Positions 40,620-52,578 of a stretch of DNA of 64,000 nt are shown piece after piece (the stretch's first letter is position 1; every line of letters starts with the position of its first letter). The notes under the pieces are model-generated. The model was not told the DNA's origin, did no database searches, and saw nothing but the letters and a program-made list of their open reading frames with translations. The DNA comes from Octopus sinensis (Eukaryota). The translations under genes were made by a program, and so were the position numbers. The stretch is from assembly GCF_006345805.1 (NCBI RefSeq), contig NC_043004.1:49600001-49664000 (forward strand), given 5' to 3'.

Positions 40620-40829
40620 TTAACCCTTTAACATTCAAAGTGGCCATATCTGGCCAAAATATTCTACTTGTTCTATGTTCAAACCAGCCAGATCTGGTCT
40701 CTGCCATATACCCTACAATGTCATTCTAAAAATAAACAATCACATCATCAAAATCTCAAAGCTACCAGATAATGTATGATTAACTCAAAACAATATAAAC
40801 AAATAAACATTAGACAGAAGAAGGGTTAA
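40620..40829. mobile_element. MITE with TTAACCCTT...AAGGGTTAA termini (piggyBac-like)
   Basis: Both termini visible; TTAA at each end. Confidence 0.75.
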
Positions 40830-41532
40830 ATATCTATCAGATAACCACCATAATATGAAAGTCTTAACATTTTACAGCCAATTTTTTTTAGTTTAACCAG
40901 TTTACAAGATGTCAGCCAAAATGCTTTTCCAAGTCATTTGACGTAAAATTTACTCCCTTGTAAGAGAAATGTTCATACAGAATACTAGTTAATATTCTGC
41001 ATTTGTAATTTCCTAAATCATGAAGAAAGAGGATTAGAGTTGGGTGAACTAACTTAATGTTGATTTTCCAAATAGAAGATTAATGGTTCATATATCATTA
41101 GAACAGTACTACATTTGGAATAATTAGGTCTCAGTGACTCAGACACAGAAAGAATCTAGAGTAGAGGTATTGGATAACTAACATGTGCTTTATTAGCAAG
41201 TGTTTGACTCAAGGGAATAGAGCCAGCAATCAAATATATCCTCACTTATGTATCTACATAAACACACAATATTCAGTGTTACCTCAACTTGTTACAAGAG
41301 GTTAATTAGAAAGATGTATAGAGCCCTTGCAATGACAGAAATAAAATACTCAAAACTGTTGCAGGACTCTTCAGAATATTTATATTCAACATACTGACGT
41401 AAAAACAAGAGTTAAACTTATCCTGAGAGAGAGACCCTAAGTCAGAGATCGTCAAACTGACTGCAGCCAAATAAAGCAACTAATTTTAAAAATCTACTAA
41501 GTTTATACATTGCACAAGTTTACAATATATGC

Positions 41533-41565
<33 letters not shown>

Positions 41566-41639
41566 CATATATATACACATATCTACACACACATATACAT
41601 GTAAATATATATATTTGATTAATGAGAAGGATGGAAGAT

Positions 41640-42790
41640 ACAAGAATGTTTATCAAGCACTATAAGTGTTTCAACCCATCTAGCATTGATTCCTAATGGG
41701 TGGGATACTTAACAACTGGTTTAGGAGTATCTGTCGGTGTAGATGTGTCTCTTCAGGTGATTACAAGATGTATCTCATTAAAGTAACGACTGTTCCGCAA
41801 GATATCTTCTTGGTTTGTGTGCATAGGAAAGCAGAAAATTAAGGGATACAGCTTCATTTTTATAGATCAATAATAAATAACAGATGCAAAATGAAACGAA
41901 TACACGATACAGAAAAAACAAACTATTAAATATAACCGTTAACAGATATGAATGTATAAAAACCCTCATTTAGGTTGTATAGCGCACGTACACTTACCTG
42001 TACAAACATCTATGAAGAGACAAGCATATACAAATGTGTTGTTTGGCACGCATACACTCACAATGAATCAAATAGCTACTTAGTGTTTATAAGAATGGGC
42101 AGGCTAGAGTTAAATTTAATTCATCCATACCTTAAGGTGAATTATGATTATAAATTTGGCTAGCGGTTACTCAAATTCATTCCCACTGCATTGTGCGAAA
42201 TTGCATTTATAAGCAGGTATTTTCAGAAATTCTATAATAATCTTCTCATTGGTCTACAAAATAGACAGGGATTCCTTGGAGCAGAGTCTGCATCTCCTGG
42301 AAAGAATATATGGTTGTGCATACCTTATTATGGACCGAGTTAGATTATATTTAATTTTAATTTTCTTAAGTCACCACACAAAATCAGCCAAAGATGTTGA
42401 ATGCTTCTTGTTGACTTCCTTGAAGCTGGCGACATGGTTGCAATAATGATTCTTGACTGAATCAGCAGCTGCCCTAATGTAAACACAGTCCTTCTCTTGT
42501 ATGTATGGTACATTTATACAAGATTCGTAAGGTTCAACAATGGGCATTTTGATTTATTAGATTTAGTTGTATATGTGGCAGGTCTGACTTTATTTTCTCA
42601 TACTGTTGTCATGTTAGCTATATCACTATTATTGCTACTATCATGATGTGGCCACAGCAGGTGCTTTTCATTTTGGTCTATATCTCCTTTCTTGCTACTT
42701 TGATGTATTTGTTTGCTGTCTTTTCTATTTGTCAGTAACAGCATTGGATTGAGAGGCTTGATGCTTTGCTGCACTCAGGAGGATCCATAC
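41640..42790 (-). mobile_element. Penelope-like element 3' part (GIY-YIG endonuclease and presumed pLTR)
   Basis: Minus strand VYI(R)AAADSVKNHYCNHVASFKEVNKKHSTSLADFVW*LKK...YAQPYILSRRCRLCSKE fits the PLE endonuclease layout (YIG..., NH..SF, CxLC). It is followed by non-coding sequence with a hammerhead-like fold. Confidence 0.7.
41650..41762 (-). ncRNA. Degenerate type I hammerhead-ribozyme-like motif in the PLE terminus
   Basis: CTGAAGA, stem II GACACATCTA/TAGATGGGTT (9 of 10 pairs), GAAA, stem III CACT-TAT-AGTG. The cleavage triplet region is non-canonical. Confidence 0.55.
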
Positions 42791-43107
42791 TTCACAGAAG
42801 AAGTGTTAAGACTGGTCTCTCTGGTGGTGTAAAGCATTCTTAGTGGTGCTATGTAAAGTGCTTGTGCAGTGCCAAATAAAAGCACTTATGCAAGGCCATG
42901 AAAAGTGACAGTACAGGTCCACGTAAAAGCATCCAGCACACCATGTAAAGTAGTTGGCATTAGATAAGGAATCCTGCCATAGAAACCATATCAAACCAGA
43001 CTGGGGTCTGGTGCAGCTTCCCGGCTCTGGTCAAACTGTCCATCCCATGCCAGCATGGACAATGGTCATTAAATGATGGTGATACATATATATACATATG
43101 TATATGC

Positions 43108-43154
<47 letters not shown>

Positions 43155-43339
43155 TACATACACACATACATACATATGTATGTGTCAGTAATATTCTCAT
43201 GCAAATTTGTCTGATCTCTAGTGGTTAAGCTGTTTATTATTATTATTATTAGTATTAGTATTATCCCTTTGACCCCCAGTCGACAATTTGTTTATTAGTA
43301 TTATTATTTCGCCTCGTATTGCATATTCTGTATAATTTA

Positions 43340-43450
43340 TTAGTTATTGTTGACCATCGGTTTCCGGCCTCGTGTCTCGCTAAATACAGAATAGATATTT
43401 GAGTTTCTCCATACAGGATTTTTTCAATGGCGGCCGATTTTCGCGGGGTT
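43340..43450. promoter_or_regulatory. CpG-rich promoter-like patch
   Basis: TTCCGG (ETS-like) at 43362, CAATGGCGGC (YY1-like) at 43426, TTTCGCGG (E2F-like) near 43439, in an otherwise CpG-depleted window. Confidence 0.3.
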
Positions 43451-43825
43451 CCACTATTCCCTTCTCTCTCTCTCTCTCTTACGTTGTCTGTCCCCCCCCT
43501 CTTCCTTTCCCCCCTTCCATTGCTAAGAGCATTTTTAAGCCAGCCTGTCAAGTTCAACCTTCGCATATTCTCGGTGCACCCGCCCTTGCCCACCCCCACC
43601 ACCAATACCGGATATCTCTATATTTTTGCTCCATCTATACCGGATGTCGCTTCTCCCACCACCATTATAGGTGTCTACTCTTCGAACCCCCCTCTTCAAT
43701 ACGCTATTTCACCATGCATTACTCCTCTCGTGATATCCTACGTTCTACTTGTCTAGAACCTGTCATCGTTTCTCCGAACACCCCTCCCCACTGGTGCTCC
43801 CCTATATTTCTGCACCCTCCCCCCA

Positions 43826-44137
43826 CATAAAAAGCATCATCCGAACGTGGCCGATGCCAGCACCGCCCCGACTGGCTTCTGTGCAGGTGGCACATAAAAA
43901 GCACCAACTGACCGTGGCCGATGCCAGACCCCTCTGGCACCTGTGCAGGTGGCACATAAAAAGCACCCACTACACTCGCGGAATGGTTGGCGTTAGGAAG
44001 GGCATCCAGCTGTAGAAACACTGCCAGACCAGACTGGAGCCTGGGGCAGCCCCTGGCTCCCCAGACCCTGGTCGAAACCGTCCAACCCGTGCTAGCGCGG
44101 AAAACGGACGTTAAACGATGATGATGATGATGATGAT
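43826..44137 (+). mobile_element. RTE LINE 3' UTR with (GAT)7 tail
   Basis: ggcacataaaaagcacc subrepeats ... cggacgttaaacgatgatgatgatgatgatgatga. Confidence 0.85.
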
Positions 44138-44151
44138 GACACACACACACG

Positions 44152-44193
<42 letters not shown>

Positions 44194-44356
44194 AGACAAA
44201 TAAAAAAATGGAGATACATAAATTAATAAGTATATTTATTAACTGCAAAAATAAATATGATCTCTAACAGCTGTTTCGATTCATACTAAAGTATGAACTA
44301 TTTTATAAAGCAGATATATATAATGGCTGTCCACTTGTGACTAATGAAGACCATTG

Positions 44357-44897
44357 TGCTCTCGGCATCCGTGCTAGCGGGGTGCAAAGAGCACCATATG
44401 AGTGTGATCGTTTGACAGAGCAGCTAACCCGCTTCCGTGCCAGTGGCACATAAAAGGGCACCATTCGAGTGTGATCATTACCAGCGTCACCTTACTGGCA
44501 CTTGTGCCCGTGCAAGTAGGGTGCCAAGAGCACCATATGAGTGTGATCATTGCCAGAGGAGCCAACTGGCTTCCGTGCCAGTGACAGGTAAAAGGGCACC
44601 ATTTGAGTGTGATCATTACCAACATCGCCTTACAGGCATCTGTGCGGGTGGCATGTGTAAAAAGATTTGAGCGAGGTCATTACCAGTACTGCCAGATTGG
44701 CCCCCTTGCCGGTGGCACGTAAAAAGCGTCCACTACACTCTCGGAGTGGTTGGAGTTAGGAGGGGCATCCAGCCGTAGAAACTCAGCCAGATCAAGATTG
44801 GAGCCTGGTGCAGCCATCTGGTTCGCCAGCGCTCAGTCAAAATTGTCCAACCCATGCCAGCATGGAAAGCGGACGTTAAACGATGATGATGATGATG
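44357..44897 (+). mobile_element. RTE LINE 3' UTR with an internal tandem duplication and (GAT)n tail
   Basis: The agagcaccatatgagtgtgatc...aaaagggcaccatt unit is repeated about 120 bp apart; tail gatgatgat. Confidence 0.85.
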
Positions 44898-44899
44898 AT

Positions 44900-46205
44900 T
44901 TGTGACTCCGCTGATGGCTAATGAGCCCTGCTCTTGGCAAGTATACATGACTGCAAACATTGCAAACCAAGCTCTCCCCATTCACAACACTAGCTGTGCA
45001 CTTTCTAGCAGTACACTTAAATTTTTCATGCAGAATATGGGCTTTTTCAAAGGTGTCGACCCCAGCTTCCTCCATCTGTGGCGATGACAGGCATTGCTCT
45101 CCCATTCGGTCTCCTGCATATCACAGGCCTTTAATGAGGACTTGACACAATCCTTAAATCACAGCCTTGGTTTCTGCTGAAGTTTCTTTCCACTAACAAG
45201 TTATCCATATTGCATATGTTTAGGGATCTTGCTAGCCTTCATTCTAATAAGGTGTCCAGTCCAACGTAACTGGTGCTAGTGCACCATCACCTCAATACTC
45301 AAGGTATCAGCTTTCCTCAGGACCTGTGTGTCTGGAGTTTTTAAGGTCCAGCCAACATTCAGAATGTGTCTGAGACATCTCTGATGAAAGTGTTCAAGGA
45401 CCTTTACATGATGTTTGTAAAGGATCCATGAGTGATGTCAGAACAAATGCACGGTACACATTAATTTTTGTTTGCCTTGTGATGCCATGCTGGGACTAGA
45501 CATGAGACTGAAGAGACTGGAAGGAATCAGTTGCTCTCTGTAGTCTGAAGGATATTTCATCATCCAGGGAGTAAGAACGGCTGAGTGTGCTGCCCAGGTT
45601 GACAAACTTGTCTACTACTTTCAGTATTGTTCCTTCAGCTAAGATAGCTGGTTCCACATATGGATTCCCTGGTGCAGGCTGAGAACATTACAACAGTCTT
45701 ATCCAGGCTAATGCTGATGCTGAGTTCAAGTGCCTTGCAAGAAGCAGAAATATGATTCATAAGTATTTGCATGTCATCCACTGTATGAGTGACCAAGTCA
45801 CAGCCATCTGCACTAAGGAGGTCATGAATAAGAGACTGGAAAATGTTTTAATTTGCAGCAAATTGGTGCAGATTAAAGAGGTGGCCAGAAAATCGATACT
45901 TGATATTCTCAGAGAGCTAACCTTCGCAAAAGCAGCAGAAAAGTACAAAGAAAAGTGAGTTGGGGCAAGGATGTCACCCTGCTTGATACCATTCTCTACA
46001 GGATAGTAGAGCAATACCTCTAGTTATCACACATTATTCTGGCTCCATTTCCTTTATAGAGGGGAAGAATAATTGCATCCTTCCAGTCCTTAGGCATTGC
46101 ACCATCCCTCCAAACTAATAAGTTCATGAAGGGACTGTATGATGTAATCACCACCAATTCACAAGACCTCAATACAAATTCCATTCCTTCCAGGTGCCCT
46201 ACCAA
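44900..46205 (-). mobile_element. Second RTE-clade (BovB-like) LINE, decayed; a related fragment lies at about 52580-53010
   Basis: MPKDWKDAIILPLYKG, NGIKQGDILAPTHFSLYF, C-terminal C2H2 finger VCNVCSHVYLPRAGLISHQRSH. Confidence 0.8.
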
Positions 46206-46218
46206 GATTCAATATATA

Positions 46219-46300
46219 CAGGAGTTGGACAAAATAATGGAAACACCTACCATCATAATTTTGAAATATCTATAAAACCGTCAAAAGCTTGTTTATTTTT
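46219..46300 (+). mobile_element. Tc1 terminal fragment (family of 49195-50013)
   Basis: TA|caggagttggacaaaataatggaaacacc matches the TIR at 50013. Confidence 0.75.
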
Positions 46301-46304
46301 ATGT

Positions 46305-47052
46305 CTTTTTATGCTGAGGACATGCGTAAGCTTGAAAAGAATGAAGCCAGTATGCTTCGCTGGATGTGTAATGTCAGTGCACATACACAACAGAGTGTAA
46401 GTGCCCTGCAAGAAAAGTTGGATTTAAGAAGCATCACATGTGGTGTGCAAGAGAGATGACTGTGCTGGTATGATCATGTGTTGCGAATGAATGAGGGATG
46501 AGGTGGTGAAGCATGACCTTTGAATATTGGGCCTTACTGAGGCAATGACAAGTGATTGGGATCTTTGGAGATATTCTGTGCTTGAGAAGACCCGACAAGC
46601 CAAGTGAGACTATAGCCCAAGGCCTATGCCAGTGAATGTAACCAGCCCATTTCTGAGTACTCCTGATTCATTGGACAATGAACTTTGCTAGTGAAGACCT
46701 ATTGAGGCAAGTGTAAACAAATCAAAATTGCTGACGTGGCCGATGACAGTACCACCTGATTGGCACTCATGCCAGTGAAACCTTAAAAGAAGCATATCCA
46801 AGCGTGATCGCTGCGAGGGTCATGGATTGGATCTTGTGCTGGTGACACATGAAAAGCACCATTCAAGCATGATTGTTACCAGTGTAGCACATATGCCAGT
46901 GACACGTGAAAAACAATATTCGAGTGTGGTTGTTGCCAGTGCCGCCAGACAGGCTCCCGTGCAGGTAGCATGTAAAAACACCTTTGAGCGTGGTCGTTGC
47001 CAGAACTGCCTGACTATCCCTCATGCCGGTGGCATGTAAAAAGCACCCACTA
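46305..47052 (+). mobile_element. RTE LINE C-terminus and 3' UTR, interrupted at a microsatellite
   Basis: MLRWMCNVSAH..., LEKTRQAK*; the 3' UTR stops at aagcacccactacac. Confidence 0.8.
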
Positions 47053-47149
47053 CACATATATATGTATATATATATGTAAATATATATATATACATATGTA
47101 AATATATATATTTATATATGTAAATATATATATGTATGTATATATATAT

Positions 47150-47212
<63 letters not shown>

Positions 47213-48790
47213 ATCCTTAAAAATGTTTTAGCCCGAAGGCCGCGGCCATGCTGGGGCACCACCGCTGAATGAGCTACACTAATATGTGAATCCACCTCTG
47301 ATACGTGGCACTTGATCAACAAGGGAGTTCGATGCTGCTGCCCGCATCTGTGTCTCCTGTCATGAGGTAGGTTCATCTGGGACTCCCGACAAGAAGAGAT
47401 CCAGTTTAGTTTTACACCATGTAAGTCTCTCAGGCATTTAGGGAGGATGTTAAAGAGCTGTGGTCCTCTGAAACCCAAGCTGTTGCAGTATCTGGACCTG
47501 TATTTTGATGGTGATGTTGGAATCTTTGGCACCATGCAGTGGCGCCCCGTTCTGCGGTTGGGGTAACTTTGAATGCCAAAGTTTGGGACAAGACCCTCCA
47601 GGATTTTCCAGATGTATATCACCGCATATCTCTCCTGCCTCCGCTCTAGGGAGAAGAGGTTTAATACTTTCAGTCTTTCCCAGTAGCTGATATTTTGCAT
47701 TGAGACGATCTTCTTTGTGTAGCTTCTCTGAATTGCTTCGAGTTCTGCTGTTAGTTTTATATTGTGTGGTGACCATAGTTGGGAGCAGTAGTCCAAGCGG
47801 CTGAGGACGAATGTTTTCCATAGGACCATCAGTGTCTCCTTCTCTCTTGTTCTGAAAGTTCGGAGAATCCATCCAGCTAGCTGTCTGCATTTTATCACCA
47901 GATTAGTAATATGCACTTGGAAAGATGCATCATTGCTCATGTCAATGCCCAGGTCACGCACTGATTTTGACTCAGGGATTGCAATTCTTCCTGGGCCAGT
48001 GTATCCAGTCTGCACGTCGTTTACCTTTGTGTGCCGGTAGCGCAGGGCCTGGAACTTACCTGCATTAAACTGCATATTGTTGTCCTCAGCCCACTTGTAT
48101 ATTGTGTCCTACTCCTGTTGCAGATGCGCAACATTTTCAGGGTTTTGTATTGTGTGGGAGACTTTTGTGTCATCTGCACAGCTAGCAAGGGTGGCCATCG
48201 TAGCAACTGAAGGTATGTCTGAAAGGGCCACTATGAACAGCAGTGGCCCCAAGACAGTGCCCTGTGGGACACCGCTTGTTATTTGTGTTTCCTTGGAGGT
48301 AGCTCCATTACTCACAACTGCCTGTCTTCTGTCTTTTAGGAAGTTGTGCAGCCACTCTCCAAGTTTTCCGCCTATGCCGAGACCACGCAGTTTGTGACAG
48401 ATCATACCATGGTCGACTTTATCAAAGGCTTTTGCAAAGTCGAGATATATTACATCCACATTTGAGCCATTTAGTAGCTGTTTTAACACCCAGTCATAGT
48501 GTTGCAGGAGCTGTGTTAGGCAGCTTCTACCTGGTCGAAATCCATGCTGGGTGTCAGACAGCAAGTCATTTTCTTCAAGGAACATGATTAGTTTCTTACG
48601 GACTATTCGTTCCATGATTTTGCTGATGTGTGAGGTCAGAGAGATAATTTTTAGCATCTGCTCTGCTACCTCCCTTATGGATAGGGCATATTACCCCCTC
48701 TTTCAATTTGACTGGGAGCTTACCACTTGCAAGAAAGCTCTGAAAAAGAAGCTGTAGCGGTTTTGCAAGGGCTCGTTTGCACAATTTGAG
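47213..48790 (-). mobile_element. 5'-truncated CR1-clade LINE (RT to 3' end), inactive
   Basis: QHGFRPGRSCLTQLL...VDVIYLDFAKAFDKVDH...SGVPQGTVLGPLLF...CADDTK (YADD mutated). Stop or frameshift between ORF pieces; octamer tail TTAAGGAT. Confidence 0.9.
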
Positions 48791-48830
48791 AAGGATCGCT
48801 GGAAATCCGTCATATATATATATATGTGTG

Positions 48831-48861
<31 letters not shown>

Positions 48862-48863
48862 GT

Positions 48864-48926
48864 ATCCTTAAATCCTTAAAAATGTTTTAGCCCGAAGGCC
48901 GTAGCCATGCTGGGGCACCACCGCTG
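48864..48926 (-). mobile_element. Extremely truncated second copy of the same CR1 3' end
   Basis: Nearly identical to 47213-47269, with two TTAAGGAT tail units. Confidence 0.9.
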
Positions 48927-48951
48927 TGTATATATATATATGTGTATATAT

Positions 48952-49007
<56 letters not shown>

Positions 49008-49136
49008 TGATCATCATCATCGCTTAACGTCCACTTTCCATGCTTGCATGGGTTGGACGATTTGACAGAGGACTGGCGAACCAGATGGCTACACCCGGCT
49101 GCAATCTGATTTGGCAGAGTTTCTACAGCTGGATGC

Positions 49137-49180
<44 letters not shown>

Positions 49181-49194
49181 ATATATATATATAT

Positions 49195-50013
49195 ATTGGT
49201 TGGACAAAATAATGGAAACATCCTAAAATTTCAAACAAATTAATTTTAATATGGGGTAGGACCGCCTTTAGCAGTAATTACAGCTTGAATTCTACGAGGT
49301 ATGGACTCATACAAAGTTTGAATTGTTTCCAAAGGAATTTTTCTCCATTTTTCAGTTGTTCTTGCAGTGACGATGGTGGAGGATATCGACTCCTTACTTG
49401 TTTTTCTAAAATGCACCATAAATGTTCAATAATATTGAGACCTGGGGACTGTGGTGGCCAGATAAGATGTTCAACTTCACTAGAATGTTCCTTGTTCTAT
49501 TCAGTAACAACTTTAGCTGTGTGAATTGGTGCATTTTCATCCTGAAAGTTTGTGTTTCCTTCCAGAAACAGTTCTGCAACCATAGGATGAATTTGATCAG
49601 ATAAAATGTTGAAATAGTCTTGACTATTAATTCTGCCATACTTTTGTGATCCTTTCTAACAATTCGCATAAGAATCCAATGGTCCCTATCTGAAAGTTTT
49701 GGTTTTCTTCCGGAGTTTTGTTTTGAGGAGGAGGCTTTTCCCTCTTTCTCAAAGGCTGTCATTACTTTCGAGACAGTACTTCTTGATACACCAAATATTT
49801 CGACTCTTTCCGTTACGCTAGGGCCTACCGTAAGAGCACCAACAATTTGACCTCTTTGAAAATCTGATAGATCTGTGATTTTAATTACTTTTTTCTGATG
49901 ATATCTGAAAAGAAACAGCAATTTTAGCAAAACATATAAACAAGCTTTTGATGGTTTTATAGATATTTCAAAATTATGATGCTAGGTGTTTCCATTATTT
50001 TGTCCAACCCCTG
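49195..50013 (-). mobile_element. Internally deleted Tc1-like transposon
   Basis: TIR (cagg)ggttggacaaaataatggaaaca at both ends. HTH region LSDFQRGQIVGAL...GVSRSTVSKV...NSGRKPKLS; other frame FQDENAPIHTA...WPPQSPGLNIIEHLW. Confidence 0.9.
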
Positions 50014-50065
50014 TATATATATACATACAAATATATATATATATATATACATATAAATTTATATA

Positions 50066-52170
50066 TATATCATCATCATTGTTTAACATCCGCTTCCCAT
50101 GCTGGTATGGGTTGGATGGTTTGACTGAGGACTGGCAAGCCAGATGGCTGCACTAGGCTCCAATCTGATCTAGCAGAGTTTCTATAGCTGGATGCTCTTC
50201 ATGACATCAACCAATCTGAGTGTTGTGGGTGCTTTTATGTGCCAGTCAGGCGGTACTGGCTTGAATGGTGTTTTTTTACATGCCACCTGCACAGGCAATG
50301 ACCTTGCTTGAATGTTGTTTTTCACATGCCACTGGCACAAGTGCCAGTAAGGTGATGCTGATAATGATTACACTCGAATGGTGCTTTTTACGTGCCGCTG
50401 GCACGGGAGCCAGTCAGTGGCCCTGGCAGAAATCACACTTGGATGGTGCTCTTAACATTCCACTGACGGTGCTGTCATCGGCTACGTCAGTGAATTTGAT
50501 TTCGATTTCACTTGCCTCAACAAGTCTTCACAAACCGAGTTTAGTGTCCAAAGAAAGAAAGGTATGCATAAGTGGGCTGGTTACACCACTGGCATTGGCC
50601 ATGGGTTATTGTCTCATTTGGCTTGCCGGGTCTTCTCAAGTACAGTATATTTCCAAAGGTCTTGGTCACTAGTCATTGCCTCGGTGAGGCCTAATGTTCG
50701 AAGGTCATGCTTCACCACCTCATCCCATGTCTTCCTGGGTCTACCTCTTCCACAGGTTCCCTCAACCGTTGGGGTGTGACACTTTTTCACACAGCTGTTC
50801 TCATCCATTCTCACCACGACAATACCAGCGCAGTCATCTCTCTTGTACACCACAGCTGTTTTTTAGGTCCAACTTTTCTCTCAAGGCACTTACACTCTGT
50901 CGTGTATGCACACTGACATTACACATCCAGCGGAGCATACTGGCTTCATTCCTTGCAGGCTTACGCACGTCCTCAGAAGTCACAGCCCATGTTTCACTGC
51001 CATGTACCATGGCTGTTCATACACATGCGTCATACAGTCTATCTTTTACTCTGAGCGAGAGGCCCTTTGTCACCAGCAGAGCTCTCAGAACTTTGCCCAG
51101 GCTATTCTTATTCTAGCATCTACACTTTCAGAGCATCCATCCTGGCTACTGACTTGGTTACCAAGGTAATGAAAGCTGTCAACTACTTGTAGTTTTTCTC
51201 CCTGGAATGTGGCGGAAGTTGGTCTCTGCGCATTTTCAGTGTTTATTGCTCCTGAGCATCTGCCACATACAAAAACTATCTTCCCAGTTAGCCTTCCTTT
51301 GAGATTGCTGCAGCTCTTTTGTGTCCATTGCTTACACTGGGTACATCTTATAGAGTTTCTACCTACGCTTTTTCTACAGATTGAGCAGGATCATCTAGCT
51401 GAAGGGATTTGTGGTTTGTCTGCCTTCCTACTTATTAAGACTTTGGTTTTAGCTAGGTTGACTCTAATCCTTACTTCCACACCTGAAACTTTTCCTCTAG
51501 TTCTGATAGTAACTCAGCAATTAGAGCACGATCATCCACATAGAGGAGCTCCCAGGGGCATCCTGTTTTGAATTCCTCTGTTATTGCCTGGAGGACTTTG
51601 ATAAATAGGAGAGGGCTGAGGACTGAACCTTGGTGGACCCTTACCTCTACCCTGAATTCTTTACTGTACTCGTTGCCAACCCTCACCTTGCTGACAGCGT
51701 CCCTGAACATGGCTTGCTCGGCCCTCACTAACCATTCATCTATCCCTGGTTTTCTCATTGACCACCAGATAAGGGATAAGGGGACCCTGTCAAAGGCTTT
51801 CTCCATGTCAACGAAAGCCAGGTACAGAGGTTTATCTTTGGCTAGGAATTTCACCTGCAGCTGTCTTACCAGAAATATAGCATCAGTGGTACTTTTCCCT
51901 GTCCAAACCCAAACTCTGTCTTGTCTAGACTGACCCTCTTGCTAATTAGTTGGGCTACAACCCTCTCTGTGACTTTCATTAGTTTGATACCTCTGTAATT
52001 ATTTGTATCTAATGCATCACCTTTACCTTTGTAGCAGTTGACTATGGAGCTGCTACACCAGTCATTGGGTACGACTCCTTCATGTATCACCTGGTTGACT
52101 ATACGGGTGACTAGGCTATAGCCAACACTGCCTGTGTCGTATAACCAGCCCAAGCCCATTCAAAAGTACC
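50066..52170 (-). mobile_element. 5'-truncated RTE-clade LINE (same family as 16827-18570)
   Basis: NCYKGKGDALDTNNYRGIKL, LAFVDMEKAFDRVP, HQGSVLSPLLF, LYVDD, GRGRPRKTWDEVV; 3' UTR and catcatcat tail. Confidence 0.92.
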
Positions 52171-52578
52171 TCGGATCGTAGGGTGACCTGCTGTGCTTGA
52201 GGACACCTATTGAGTCAAGTACATCAACACCAAAATGAAAATCACATGGAAATTGTAGCTGTGATATCCGTGCTGGTAGCACATAAAAGGCACCATCCGA
52301 ATGTGACTGATGCCAGTGCCACCATGACTGGCTTCCATGCCAGTGCCACCATGACTGGCTTCCATGCCAGTGGAATGTAAAAGGCACCAACCAATCATGA
52401 CTGTTGCCAGCCTCCTCTGGCCCCTGTGCCAGTGGCACGTAAAAAGCACCCACTACACTCACGGAGTGGTTGGTGTTAGGAAGGGCATCCAGCTGTAGAA
52501 AAACTGCCAGATCAGACTGGAGCCTGGTGCAGCCTCCTGGCTTCCCAGACCCCGGTCGAACCATCCAACCCATGCTAG
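52160..52578 (+). mobile_element. RTE LINE 3' UTR fragment, tail missing
   Basis: Same UTR motifs; includes a 23-bp direct duplication gtgccaccatgactggcttccatgcca. Confidence 0.75.

Noticed and set aside
43399-43830. 143-aa and 109-aa ORFs (MAADFRG...)
   Set aside because: They run through (CT)n and C-rich low-complexity sequence into an RTE UTR; no domain signal.
47050-48075. 341-aa ORF as an intact gene
   Set aside because: It is the CR1 ORF2 tail. A deletion after LHGV shifts the frame (the likely true end KLDLFLSGVPDEPTS*...GGFTY* is in another frame) and it reads through into microsatellite.
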